Positions 19,235 to 28,464 of a DNA stretch of 64,000 nucleotides are shown here, in pieces (position 1 is the first letter of the stretch; every line of letters starts with the position of its first letter). This stretch comes from Nitrospira sp. (lineage in GTDB: Bacteria; Nitrospirota; Nitrospiria; Nitrospirales; Nitrospiraceae), in NCBI GenBank assembly GCA_005116955.1, contig SWDI01000002.1:416954-480953 (forward strand), read 5' to 3'. The position numbers and the translations under genes are program-made. The notes under the pieces are model-generated. The model saw nothing but the letters and a program-made list of their open reading frames with translations. It was not told the DNA's origin and searched no databases.

Positions 19235-19776
19235 GATGGGTAACCTCCTCGGTCTCCAGGATAAGACAATACGTCCAAATGCGCCTAGGTCTATTCCCAA
19301 TTGTGCATGAGGATTGCGACATCGCACCTAGTGCGTCCTTCTCTTGTATAACCAATCTCTCCCTCGGACACCATGTGTACATTGGACCGCACTCGTTTGT
19401 GGAAGCGAAAGGTGGAATCACCATCGACGACGGGGTCGTGATTTCCGCCCGTGTAACCATCCTTTCCAGCACCCATAATTATGAGAGTCTCGAATCGGTT
19501 CCCTATGGTGGGGAGGACATTCTTCGGTCAGTTCGAATAGAAAGAGGAGCATGGATCTGTTATGGCGCACTCATTCTTCCAGGCGTCACTATCGGCGAAG
19601 GGGCAATTGTTGGTGCTGGAGCGGTCGTGACAAAACCCATTGCCCCTGGGCTCATCGTAGGCGGAAATCCTGCACAAGTCATTGGCACCAGGCGCGGTGA
19701 AGTATGGCGAGGTTTACTCGACAATGGACTGTATCGTCTCAAAAAGAAAGGTACGGCTATGCCAACATCGTCCTGA
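19231..19776 (+). CDS. Hexapeptide-repeat (LbH) O-acetyltransferase
   Basis: The start ATG at 19231 overlaps the flippase stop (ATGA). The repeats IGPHSFVEAKGGITIDDGVVISARVTI...GAWICYGALILPGVTIGEGAIVGAGAVV are left-handed beta-helix hexapeptide repeats. The ORF-track extension back to 18880 lies inside the flippase gene. Confidence 0.8.
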   Translation: MRWVTSSVSRIRQYVQMRLGLFPIVHEDCDIAPSASFSCITNLSLGHHVYIGPHSFVEAKGGITIDDGVVISARVTILSSTHNYESLESVPYGGEDILRSVRIERGAWICYGALILPGVTIGEGAIVGAGAVVTKPIAPGLIVGGNPAQVIGTRRGEVWRGLLDNGLYRLKKKGTAMPTSS

Positions 19777-19917
19777 GCGACGATTGGACTACCATCTGTG
19801 CTGTTGCCGTGCGCGTCCGTCCCATCGTGGCTCAGCGCATGTCTCAGATGAGCGGGCCCGACAGATTGCATACCGGCAGTTATTTCTATAGCTCCCAGTC
19901 GGCACACGGAGCGAATC

Positions 19918-21192
19918 ATGAGCATGCCAGAACGAACGCCTAACACCCCCACCCAGGACACCGTCTGTAGGGACACAATGATCAGAGATCGCAGAGATAC
20001 ACTCAGACCACAAACAGCCACACTGGTGGGATACCATGGATATCACAATCTCGGTGATGATATCTTCAGACGACTCGTATGCCGCTGGCTCAATACTCTA
20101 CTCGGCATACAGACGTGTTACATAAGCACCAAACAAGGGGCAACACACGGCACCGACTCAACAATGACAGTCATTCCGTTCAGTACGCCCATTACCCGTA
20201 TTAGCCGTCTTCTCTGGCTCAATGTATTCAGACACTCCCTTTCGAGTCATGCGCTGATATTTTCCGCAGGCTCGATTTTCACGATCCAACCTTTTTTTCT
20301 CATCTACTGCGTCCTTCGATTGCTGAAACTATTTCGAGGTCACACATTAACCATCTTGGCTATTGGAGTTTCTATTGGCCCGTTCCACACCAACCGAGAT
20401 CGTCACTGGTGCTTCAAGTGCCTGTCCTTGATGGACCACGTCCTGGTACGCGACGCCCAATCTAAAAGGCTTATCGAGGGATCGCCACAACCCATCAAGA
20501 GTACACTGTCATTTGACTTGGCACTGTGTTGCACAGCAAAGCCTACCTGCGCGAAATCAGCCACACAGCCTCCCCTACTTGGAGTCGCAGTGACCGAACG
20601 AGCGTTTGGCACATGCAGCGCAGCTCATTCGCGTAATTGTGAAGCCCTCTTACAGGCACTACAACGCTCGCTCGCCAGATTCCGAAACGTCCGGATCCGG
20701 ATTCTCTGTGTCTGCACGGATGACCGTGATGGTGACAGAAATATCTCTCACCATCTGCATGAGACGGTATCAAAGACTTGGGGTGATCGTATTGAGGTGT
20801 GCGCTTACGAGTACGATCAGATAGACGATATGGTACGGTGGATTGCAGAGTGTTCTGCATTAATCTCAGCACGGATGCATGCCGGCATCATGGGCACATT
20901 GGCTTCAATTCCCGTCTATCAAATTTCCTATGCGGAAAAAATCAGAAACTTTTATCGCCATTCTCAGTTGTCGACTGAGTATCTGTATGATCACACCCAG
21001 GTCACTTCACACTCGATGTCCGAATTTATCTCACTCGCATTGGCGGGACAACTTCAGGACTTCGCCGATACTCAAAAATCCATTCTTGAGGGCAAAGGGA
21101 GACTGGTCTCTCAGCAGCTAGCGGACCTCGCACAGACACTGACCTCACGCCGCCCCCTACACATCCATTCCGACATGGCCCTGGACCGATGA
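19918..21192 (+). CDS. Polysaccharide pyruvyl transferase family protein (WcaK/CsaB-like)
   Basis: 424-aa ORF. LVGYHGYHNLGDDIF near the N-terminus and ISARMHAGIMG near the C-terminus match the PS_pyruv_trans pattern. The start could be the internal Met at 19978. Confidence 0.65.
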   Translation: MSMPERTPNTPTQDTVCRDTMIRDRRDTLRPQTATLVGYHGYHNLGDDIFRRLVCRWLNTLLGIQTCYISTKQGATHGTDSTMTVIPFSTPITRISRLLWLNVFRHSLSSHALIFSAGSIFTIQPFFLIYCVLRLLKLFRGHTLTILAIGVSIGPFHTNRDRHWCFKCLSLMDHVLVRDAQSKRLIEGSPQPIKSTLSFDLALCCTAKPTCAKSATQPPLLGVAVTERAFGTCSAAHSRNCEALLQALQRSLARFRNVRIRILCVCTDDRDGDRNISHHLHETVSKTWGDRIEVCAYEYDQIDDMVRWIAECSALISARMHAGIMGTLASIPVYQISYAEKIRNFYRHSQLSTEYLYDHTQVTSHSMSEFISLALAGQLQDFADTQKSILEGKGRLVSQQLADLAQTLTSRRPLHIHSDMALDR

Positions 21193-21237
21193 GGATGACA
21201 AACAGGAGGGCATAGTCTTTCTGAGCCAGCGACATCG

Positions 21238-22482
21238 TCAGCGTGTCGACGTGAGAAGAGGCTGAGCGGCTTCTGCGGCTGCGGTGGTGTACATCTGATG
21301 ATACGACTCTCCACGACTCGACCATGAGTAATACCTGCGAGCCAATTCTCGTCCGGCGAGTTTCAAATCTTGGCACCGGGCTTGATTCTCAATCAGTTTT
21401 GCAATGTCATGCCCCATGCTTTCGTAGTCCGCGGTTTGAATAAAATGTACGCCGGGTTTGCCGTGAGGAATGCCCGCGAATGTCTTCTCAAAACCGACGA
21501 CGACTAAGCCTGCTGCCATTGCCTCTATAACCTTATTCACTAATCCGCAGTTTTGATCAACCGGAGCGATCGCAATGCCACACATACGGTAGACATCCGA
21601 CAAATGTGGAACATATCCTGTAAATGTAACCTCTGGAACCGTGCGGTATTCTTCCTGTACCCGTCGTGCATCCGGTCCAATTTTCCCCACGACAAATAAT
21701 CTGATCTTGGGGTGGTGCCTCCGAATAATAGGCCAAGAGAGGCTGAGAAACCGTTGCAGACCTTTGAGATGAGTACCCGTTAGGGTGGCCACAAAAATGA
21801 TGTCCAACTGCTGATGATTCGATGGTGGGATATCAAATAACGAGTCTTCCGCTCCATTGGGAATCACCGACACACTCAAGTTGTCATTCAATTGAAGCAG
21901 ATACGCCTTATCGATTTCACTCATCACATGCACTCGTTGAAACTTCGCGTAGACTGTTTTTTCGTACTGTCGAGTACTATGGTATTGCCACTTCTTATAA
22001 AGATATTCGAAGCCCTTGAAGTACCCAGCACGTAAAGCATTCTCCAACGTGAGGGCATAACTATCATTGATGGAGGCGACAGTCCCCACGCCAACTGGAG
22101 TTACATCCTGATACTGCGCCATGGGAATTAAATCAAAGTGAATCACGTCTGGACAAAACTCGCCGATACAGTCCATCAATCGCCTTCGGAAGCTATCTGA
22201 GCGATATCGTTCCACGTAGAGTAACCGCTTCCCAAGAATGGCGGTGAGTTGCATCTCCAAAGAATGTCGTCTAGGAATTCTTTCCACAAAGCTTCTTCTA
22301 GTGCGAAACTTTTCCGTAAGACTTTTAAATCGTGCCTCAACCTCATCGGCTTCAGCTGTAAGTACGGCAAGCGCTACATGATGTCCGGCCCGATACATGA
22401 GGCGCATAGCGTGATAGATCGGTATTCGAACCCCATTATCAGGGGGATAAGGAACCTCATTTGCGACAAAGAGTATCTTCAT
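21238..22482 (-). CDS. Glycosyltransferase, GT4 family
   Basis: The start is placed at MKILFVANEVPYPPDNGVRIP (ATG 22482). The C-terminal GLVNKVIEAMAAGLVVVG is a Glycos_transf_1 motif. Confidence 0.75.
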   Translation of the reverse strand: MKILFVANEVPYPPDNGVRIPIYHAMRLMYRAGHHVALAVLTAEADEVEARFKSLTEKFRTRRSFVERIPRRHSLEMQLTAILGKRLLYVERYRSDSFRRRLMDCIGEFCPDVIHFDLIPMAQYQDVTPVGVGTVASINDSYALTLENALRAGYFKGFEYLYKKWQYHSTRQYEKTVYAKFQRVHVMSEIDKAYLLQLNDNLSVSVIPNGAEDSLFDIPPSNHQQLDIIFVATLTGTHLKGLQRFLSLSWPIIRRHHPKIRLFVVGKIGPDARRVQEEYRTVPEVTFTGYVPHLSDVYRMCGIAIAPVDQNCGLVNKVIEAMAAGLVVVGFEKTFAGIPHGKPGVHFIQTADYESMGHDIAKLIENQARCQDLKLAGRELARRYYSWSSRGESYHQMYTTAAAEAAQPLLTSTR

Positions 22483-22576
22483 ATGTGTGCCACCACCGGC
22501 AGCTCCAAAGAAACTGTTGAACTGTGTGAGCAACCCATCGACACGAGCATGCACCACTCAGCACGTTCGTCCATCT

Positions 22577-24094
22577 CTAACCGACTATCAATCTACCTTC
22601 CGGATGGGACAACACTGCCTGCTCACTCTCACAATCTTCATCCGCACTCAGCGTCCGGGTTCGATAGCAAACACGCTCGACACAATACAAACAGCCAACG
22701 ATCAACATCAGCTCTTTTATATAGAGCGACAGCATCCCTCCCGCACTCAGCATCTTAATCCATAAAATGCACAATAATGGTAAATATGCATAAAACGTCA
22801 TGTGGGAGATGAGTAGCTTATTCTTCAAATATCCCGTGAGCCATCTAAACGCCCATCCCAACACAAAGCACCCCGCGATGAGCAATGGAATGCCTCCGAC
22901 TAAATACAGAACTGAAAATTGTGTGGTCCCAAATGCCGTCACCGCTTTATCTTTGTCGTAGCCGTACAACTTCACAAGGATCAAATCCATTACGTTATCG
23001 TTGAGGAGACTCTCCAGCGAAAACTCTTTGCCCCTCCCCAGTTTGACCGCTGCATAATAGGCGTCAATGCCATTGATTCGGTTGTAGATCGGATACAGGC
23101 TCGCCGAAGACGTGCTTTTCTTTTCTCTATCTTCCGCTTTGTCAATCGCTTCGGACATCGTTCGTCCGCTCAAGACGTAGTTACGATACTCGCTTACCAA
23201 GGTGTACAAATTGACCGTGGCCACCATCACCCCAACGGCCACGATCGCGACAACGCGTCGCCTGCCCGGCTCCATATGGCCGTAAACATCGACCAGATAG
23301 AACGCGATGAGCAGTCCTTGGATCACGAGCTCACCTTTCCAGCCAACACGGACAGCCAAGAGAAGATTGAGCAACATCAAAGACAGCCCAATGAGTAAGC
23401 CGCGACGTTCATTCAGCCGAAGCACACAGTAAAAGTAGAGGTTGACCGTGGCGAATAATACAGGCCGAGTCAGCATGTCCAACAATCCCACCAGAAACGG
23501 AACAGAAGTCATTCGTGGCCGAACACCCGGCAGCCCAATATCCAATACGAGTTGTACGAAGATTTTGAGCAACATCAAACCAATGACGATGGCGATGAAC
23601 CTGCCATGCCGGAGACGCATCGGCACCTCACGATCACGAGAGACGTTCTTACCCCCAACGAGAAATCCAAGAAACAGGGCAAAAATTCCGGGAATGACGG
23701 TATAAAACGCGCCTACAATTTCCCTCCGCACAGTGTTCACATCGAACAGTTGATGGGACACCCATGACGCCATCGGGTCATGAATCATCAGAATGACTTT
23801 CAACGGGTAAGCAATCCAGACATAGACACTCAGCACGGCAAACATGAGAGATGCTGCATTGTTATGCCGTAAAAGAAACTGCCCACCACCTATGATCAAA
23901 GCAAATATGGTGATGAGGACCAAGAGCGTCAATTGGTCCTCAGACGATCGATCTGACATGATGATCCCGACCAGGGCGCTCACCAAGGCAAGCGCATTGA
24001 AAGCTTGAGCAAAACTCGCTCGCTTATCGCTGGCCAGAGGCGCTTCCGTCACCTCTGGAACATCATGAGTCATGATCGCTGAATGACTATGCAT
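22577..24094 (-). CDS. Polytopic membrane protein, Wzy-like repeat-unit polymerase candidate
   Basis: 505 aa with more than 10 hydrophobic helices and one larger loop. No catalytic motif was recognised. The call rests on topology and the Wzx/GT context. Confidence 0.45.
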   Translation of the reverse strand: MHSHSAIMTHDVPEVTEAPLASDKRASFAQAFNALALVSALVGIIMSDRSSEDQLTLLVLITIFALIIGGGQFLLRHNNAASLMFAVLSVYVWIAYPLKVILMIHDPMASWVSHQLFDVNTVRREIVGAFYTVIPGIFALFLGFLVGGKNVSRDREVPMRLRHGRFIAIVIGLMLLKIFVQLVLDIGLPGVRPRMTSVPFLVGLLDMLTRPVLFATVNLYFYCVLRLNERRGLLIGLSLMLLNLLLAVRVGWKGELVIQGLLIAFYLVDVYGHMEPGRRRVVAIVAVGVMVATVNLYTLVSEYRNYVLSGRTMSEAIDKAEDREKKSTSSASLYPIYNRINGIDAYYAAVKLGRGKEFSLESLLNDNVMDLILVKLYGYDKDKAVTAFGTTQFSVLYLVGGIPLLIAGCFVLGWAFRWLTGYLKNKLLISHMTFYAYLPLLCILWIKMLSAGGMLSLYIKELMLIVGCLYCVERVCYRTRTLSADEDCESEQAVLSHPEGRLIVG

Positions 24095-24315
24095 GGAGAG
24101 AACCTTGAACGCTGCTGAGATTCATGCGTGTTCACAGACGCTCCTGAAGCTCGTCCGGGTGTGACCGACGCTTCCGTCAGAAGTGGCTGCGATTCGATTC
24201 GTCTGCGTGACCGATACGATCAACCACGCGGACTCTGGCTGGACGCCTTTGCACTCAACGATCTCCTGCTCGACGCATCGAGTTGCCAACCGCTCCGTCA
24301 CATCGACCCAACGGG

Positions 24316-25647
24316 CTAGTTTCGTCGGTTCTCTCTCGTGATCGGATCACAAATAAATGAGTAATCCCTGGCTAGATTATTCTCGATGGTGACAGGCCCG
24401 ACATAATAATCGCAGTGCTGGCCTGTTTGGATCACGGACATGGGGTGACTTCCTCGGTTCAAATTATTATTGGCAATCGTCACATTGTGGACACGGCTGA
24501 CCATATGCGGGTCGAGCCCATCTGGGTCCCTCCAAACGGATCCTTTCAGGAACGCGAACGGCAACAGATGAATGCCCGATGCGGTCGTCGCGGAAGAATT
24601 ATTAACAACGATGTTATCCGACACCGTGACATTCCGTGGTCCATACACATAAATCGCGGCACCACGATCAACTGCACCAGGGTTATACGTCAGAGTGTTT
24701 CCTCGCGCCGTGATGTGCGTGGGGGCGCTTTCGTTGTTGGGGACATCCGCCTCATGTCCGATATAGAGCAACGCGATACCCGGATACCACAACCCTGTCA
24801 ATTTCGACGCCTCGCGGGAGACTTTATTATTGACGATCGTCACATGGCGTGAATTGGCCACGAACAGCCTCCCGTCGACTCCAGAAAGATCATTGTCATG
24901 AATATTGATATTACGTGAGAAGTGGATCCCAATCATGTCATCGCCGACACCGCTAACCGTGTTGTAGGCGATTTCTGCGCCATCCCATTGATTGAGGCCA
25001 ATCCCCTCATTGCCGATCAGATCGGTTCCTTTCGCTGTGATGACATTCGCAATGATCTTGATATTTTTCCGAATACAATGGGCATTGCCATTTCTGACGA
25101 CATGGTTGTTATTCCCTGATGAAGTTGGACCATACCCGTACGCTCCGACGTTGAAGATATTATTAGCGATCGTCGCTCCATCCGAACGCCACAAGAAAAT
25201 GATCCGTCCCGTACCTGGCCCCACAGCTTGAAACGTGACATGCTGGATTCTTCCTGTCCATGGTGACTTCAGTTGCTGTGTACCGGCTATTCCAATGTTC
25301 AGTATGTACGGCACGGATCCTGTATTCAGATGCAAGCTACTCGTCGAGTCTGTACCGACGAGATTGCCTGCTCCCCATAAATAGAGCTCTTTTGTAATGA
25401 GGAAGCTCTTGTTTGATGGGATCAGACAAGTCAAACCTTGGTTTGAGCACACCGTCAAGGCCATTTGCACTCGAGACGTATCATCCGTAACCCCGTCACC
25501 AACGGCACCCGAGTACGCGGCGATATCGATCGTATCGCCAAAGGGAATCGGGGGATCCGACTGTGCCGCCGAGGCATTCGCCAATATCGTGAACACGACG
25601 ATACTATTCAAACCGTTTAGAATCTTTTTGGATATCATTAAGCTCAT
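24316..25647 (-). CDS. Secreted right-handed parallel beta-helix protein (pectate-lyase/glycanase fold)
   Basis: The start is placed at MSLMISKKILNGLNSIVVFTILANASA (signal peptide). The N-terminal DIAAYSGAVGDGVTDDTSRVQMAL resembles a Pectate_lyase_3-type segment. Repeated I/V-x-N-N/G-x turns follow (ANVITAKG, IAYNTVSG, INIHDNDLSG, VTIVNNKVS, VTVSDNIVVNN). Confidence 0.65.
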   Translation of the reverse strand: MSLMISKKILNGLNSIVVFTILANASAAQSDPPIPFGDTIDIAAYSGAVGDGVTDDTSRVQMALTVCSNQGLTCLIPSNKSFLITKELYLWGAGNLVGTDSTSSLHLNTGSVPYILNIGIAGTQQLKSPWTGRIQHVTFQAVGPGTGRIIFLWRSDGATIANNIFNVGAYGYGPTSSGNNNHVVRNGNAHCIRKNIKIIANVITAKGTDLIGNEGIGLNQWDGAEIAYNTVSGVGDDMIGIHFSRNINIHDNDLSGVDGRLFVANSRHVTIVNNKVSREASKLTGLWYPGIALLYIGHEADVPNNESAPTHITARGNTLTYNPGAVDRGAAIYVYGPRNVTVSDNIVVNNSSATTASGIHLLPFAFLKGSVWRDPDGLDPHMVSRVHNVTIANNNLNRGSHPMSVIQTGQHCDYYVGPVTIENNLARDYSFICDPITRENRRN

Positions 25648-25946
25648 TATTCTCCCTCTCAACAGCATGCCGCTGCTATAAATGCTCGAATCAGCGCCCT
25701 CTCCCATCGCAACACACCTCATTCCCATCACCGACAACCATCACAATATTGATCTTCGGTGAATGGTGTGATTCAGCACCGCATTGAAGAACGACCGATA
25801 CGTGCGTGACGCCGACAAGGGTTGCACCGCATTCGCAGCAAACCCACAAGTAGAGGCTGCAATGATAATATTCAGGAAGAATAGATGTGACAAACTAAAA
25901 CGAATTTTATGACGGAAAAATGTTGTTCAAATACGGCTCATAGGAA

Positions 25947-25974
25947 GTGGAGAGATCCGTACCGATCTCTCCAC
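25947..25974. other. Perfect 11-bp stem hairpin in the non-coding tract downstream of the wecB-end array
   Basis: GTGGAGAGATC (25947-25957) pairs with GATCTCTCCAC (25964-25974) across a 6-nt loop. There is no clear U-tract on either strand. Confidence 0.3.
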
Positions 25975-26379
25975 CGTAACGAACGAGCACCAATGCACAA
26001 CACGTACGGGAATCCACCACTACTGCGGCGCTCCGTGCAACCTCTTCTACACAAGCTGCTCTGCGCTACAGACACATTAACCCGTCTCCTATTGAGACAG
26101 GCTAATGAGAGCACCCCGTCGCTTTTCACAATGTGCGATTCAAGGTCCGTCCCCTAGGTTAGCGTCTGTCTAGATCGCACGACACAGCACTGGCGATTTT
26201 TCACTCTCTGCATGGATGGTATCTCTCACGTTACTCCTCGATCACACTCGAAGAACCGAGCCAACCATGAAGGGATTCAAACACCGGACTCGTACATCAA
26301 GCGTTTGTCAATATCGTATTACGCCCCTCAGGACGCAGACGCATCTGACTTCAGGGTCCGTTGCTTGATGAATCTTCGC

Positions 26380-26583
26380 CTACTGTTTCTGTAGAACGAT
26401 GCGCTCCAAACACGCCACAATTCTCTCTGCGGCCTTCCCATCCCAGAGGGGCGGGATCGCCCCTTTCTTCCACTGCCCGGCCATCAATCGCCCAAGCGCG
26501 GGTGGAAGCTTCCTTGGATCGGTCCCGATCAATTCGTTGGTGCCGATGGTGATAGTCTCGGGGCGTTCGGTGTTGTCACGCAA
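26380..26583 (-). pseudogene. Displaced wecB 3'-end fragment A (most distal copy)
   Basis: The ORF-track peptide (M/L)RDNTERPETITIGTNELIGTDPRKLPPALGRLMAGQWKKGAIPPLWDGKAAERIVACLERIVLQKQ aligns with the last ~66 aa of intact WecB. There is no upstream wecB sequence, and the preceding codons (GGN) are unrelated. Confidence 0.85.
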
Positions 26584-26635
26584 GGTATTTCCTCCACCCC
26601 TTTGCTTCGACGCGTATTCTGCCCCAAGGCCTCGA

Positions 26636-26893
26636 TCATTTTCGGTAGACTTCCCGGCGGAGACCGATCATCACGACGGTCACCAGGTGTTGTGCGTCAT
26701 TCACCTCATAGACGATGCGAAAGGTCCCTACCCGTATACGATATAACCGTACGCCACTGAGTTTCTTTGCGCCATGTGGCCGTGGGTTTTCGGCTAACTT
26801 TAGGATGGCCTCATCTACCCGACGAAGTACTTGATTATCCAGGTGCCCAAGTTCCCGGCTGGCCGAAGGCTTGATGGCGGGGCGATAGCTCAC
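26636..26893 (-). CDS. RelE/ParE-family type II toxin
   Basis: 85 aa. LYRIRVGTFRIVYEVNDAQHLVTVVMIGLRREVY is the classic RelE/ParE C-terminal pattern. Its GTG start overlaps the upstream antitoxin stop (GTGA). Confidence 0.85.
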   Translation of the reverse strand: MSYRPAIKPSASRELGHLDNQVLRRVDEAILKLAENPRPHGAKKLSGVRLYRIRVGTFRIVYEVNDAQHLVTVVMIGLRREVYRK

Positions 26894-27102
26894 AGACGGC
26901 CGGCCTTTTTCAGGCGTGCACGCACACGCTGATACGGAATGGCCCGTTCTGCGTGGCGCTCATACCATGTGGCCACATCGATGAGATCTTCCTTCAATGC
27001 CGGGTTGGCAAAGAGTCGCTGCATGATTACTTCACGCTCGGACTTCGGTAAAGACTCAAATGCGGTCATGAACACTTCTGCTGTGGCATTGGCTGTTCTC
27101 AC
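26890..27102 (-). CDS. Antitoxin partner of the RelE/ParE toxin
   Basis: GTG at 27102 is preceded by AGGAGG 6 nt upstream. The 70-aa product is VRTANATAEVFMTAFESLPKSEREVIMQRLFANPALKEDLIDVATWYERHAERAIPYQRVRARLKKAGRL. Its small size and translational coupling to the toxin support the call. The longer ORF-track start (27174) runs into wecB fragment B territory. Confidence 0.65.
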   Translation of the reverse strand: MRTANATAEVFMTAFESLPKSEREVIMQRLFANPALKEDLIDVATWYERHAERAIPYQRVRARLKKAGRL

Positions 27103-27186
27103 AATGGTGCCCTCCTTTGAACTGCACACATGAAAGATGAAACGGGAGTCATTGTTTGGTCCACTCCATTGCACTTACCTGCTCCG

Positions 27187-27408
27187 CTATACCAGCTCAT
27201 TTTCGAGACACTGGACAATCCGCTCCGCCGCTCTGCCATCTCATTTCGGAGGAATCGCGCCTTTGTTCCATTGCCCGGCCATCACTCGCGCGAGCGCGGG
27301 TGGAAGCTTCTCCGGATTCGTTCCGATCAGTTCATTGGTCCCGATGGTGATAGTCTCGGGGCGTTCGGTGTTGTCGTGCAGGGTCAGGCACGGAATGCAG
27401 AACACGGT
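27187..27408 (-). pseudogene. Displaced wecB 3'-end fragment B, carrying an in-frame stop
   Basis: My own translation gives TVFCIPCLTLHDNTERPETITIGTNELIGTNPEKLPPALARVMAGQWNKGAIPPK*DGRAAERIVQCLENELV*. TGA at 27241-27243 replaces the TGG (Trp) seen in the other copies. Confidence 0.85.
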
Positions 27409-27420
27409 CGGGTTCCTTGT

Positions 27421-27651
27421 TCATACCGTCAGCGGGATTTCACGGCGGTGCCCTTCCGATTCTACGATCAGGGCGCCGTGGTCGTCCGACAATTGCTTCT
27501 TCGCATTCAGCAATTCGATACCGTAGACGGTCCCATCCGGTGCGATGTCGATGTTCATCTCGTCGCTGACTTTAATGGTCATGACCTGGGCCGTCTTTTC
27601 GTGCAGGCGCAGATACGCGACGTTGTATTTCTGGTCGTAGCTAAGCTTCAT
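27421..27651 (-). CDS. DUF2283-family small protein (usual partner of DUF4258)
   Basis: 76 aa. MKLSYDQKYNVAYLRL...DIAPDGTVYGIELLNAKKQL matches the DUF2283 pattern (Y-D-x-x-x-D-x-L-Y-I ... G-I-E-I-L-x-A). Confidence 0.7.
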   Translation of the reverse strand: MKLSYDQKYNVAYLRLHEKTAQVMTIKVSDEMNIDIAPDGTVYGIELLNAKKQLSDDHGALIVESEGHRREIPLTV

Positions 27652-27664
27652 ACGTCCTCCCCGT

Positions 27665-27889
27665 TCAGAAGAATTTGACTACGACGGTGATCACAAGCCA
27701 TCCGTTTTCTTCGACGGCATACGCTTCGACCGGTTTCGTGGCATACCGTGTTCCAGCCCAATCTTTGTTGAACGGAAAGTTACGTCTATACCGTCCACGA
27801 AAATTCGAGGAGGTTATTGACTCAATTGTGACAAGATGTCCAGGAACATCCGAGCAGTCACGACACGAACCTTTCCCAGTGCATGACAC
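27665..27889 (-). pseudogene. DUF4258-like toxin-type gene, apparently 5'-truncated
   Basis: The C-terminal NFPFNKDWAGTRYATKPVEAYAVEENGWLVITVVVKFF resembles the DUF4258 C-terminus. The recognisable part begins right where the PIN gene ends (27814). The ORF's first ~25 codons overlap the PIN gene and look unrelated. Confidence 0.5.
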
Positions 27890-28224
27890 GACAGTAAATG
27901 ATGATCACCACTCACCAGATACTCAACGTTGGCAATCTGGGCAGTTTCGACAAACTTGTCATCCGATGGATCATCCGACACAACGTGCACGGTACCGGTG
28001 ATCTCCACCACACTCGCGGCTCCTCGTACCACTGCGACCGCCTCGTCAACCTGTGCCGAGGGAAGTTGAAATTTGACTTGGAGCACACGCACCAACTCGG
28101 CGAGAATCGGCGGGGAAACATATAAGTCCACGAGCCCCGCTTGAGCGGCAAGAAGACACCGGTAGGGAGATCCTCTCCAGAAAACGGCGGAAATCAGAAT
28201 ATTGGTATCGAAGACCGCCTTCAC
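27814..28224 (-). CDS. PIN-domain toxin (VapC-like)
   Basis: 136 aa. (V/M)KAVFDTNILISAVF supplies the first acidic residue, and ...VSDDPSDDKFVETA...YLVSGDHHLL the later acidic residues of the PIN fold. Its GTG start directly follows the antitoxin TAA. Confidence 0.85.
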   Translation of the reverse strand: MKAVFDTNILISAVFWRGSPYRCLLAAQAGLVDLYVSPPILAELVRVLQVKFQLPSAQVDEAVAVVRGAASVVEITGTVHVVSDDPSDDKFVETAQIANVEYLVSGDHHLLSCHALGKVRVVTARMFLDILSQLSQ

Positions 28225-28464
28225 TTATGCCGACTCATGGAGAATGTGATCCACAAATCGCTCGCGCTCTTCCTCCGTCAGCCTCCCGAAATCCACCCCA
28301 CGGGCCTTACATACGGCATCAAGCCGTTCGCGATTCTTCTCAACGAGGCGGTCAAGACGCTCCAGCCCCCCCAGGAGTTGTCGTAGCGCCGTTTTTTTTC
28401 CTTCTGGGGAGAGTTGATCCAAGCATCGAAGAATCTGCTGGTCATTGATCTCGATGGTCGGCAT
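28225..28464 (-). CDS. Putative antitoxin of the PIN toxin
   Basis: 79 aa, charged and helical (LERLDRLVEKNRERLDAVCKARGVDFGRLTEEERERFVDHILHE). It abuts the PIN gene with no gap. I did not recognise the family. Confidence 0.55.
   Translation of the reverse strand: MPTIEINDQQILRCLDQLSPEGKKTALRQLLGGLERLDRLVEKNRERLDAVCKARGVDFGRLTEEERERFVDHILHESA

Noticed and set aside
21371-21386. TGGCACCGGGCTTGAT sigma-54-like match
   Set aside because: It lies inside a glycosyltransferase coding region on the opposite strand, and the -12 element is imperfect.
27130-27678. 182-aa plus-strand ORF (similar cases: 27137-27526, 28874-29251, 29803-30207, 30451-30927, 26399-26746)
   Set aside because: All contain the same peptide (..AALPSHFGGIAPFFHCPAI(N/T/K)RASAGGS..), which is simply the antisense reading of the repeated wecB 3' end. 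The repeat explains them.
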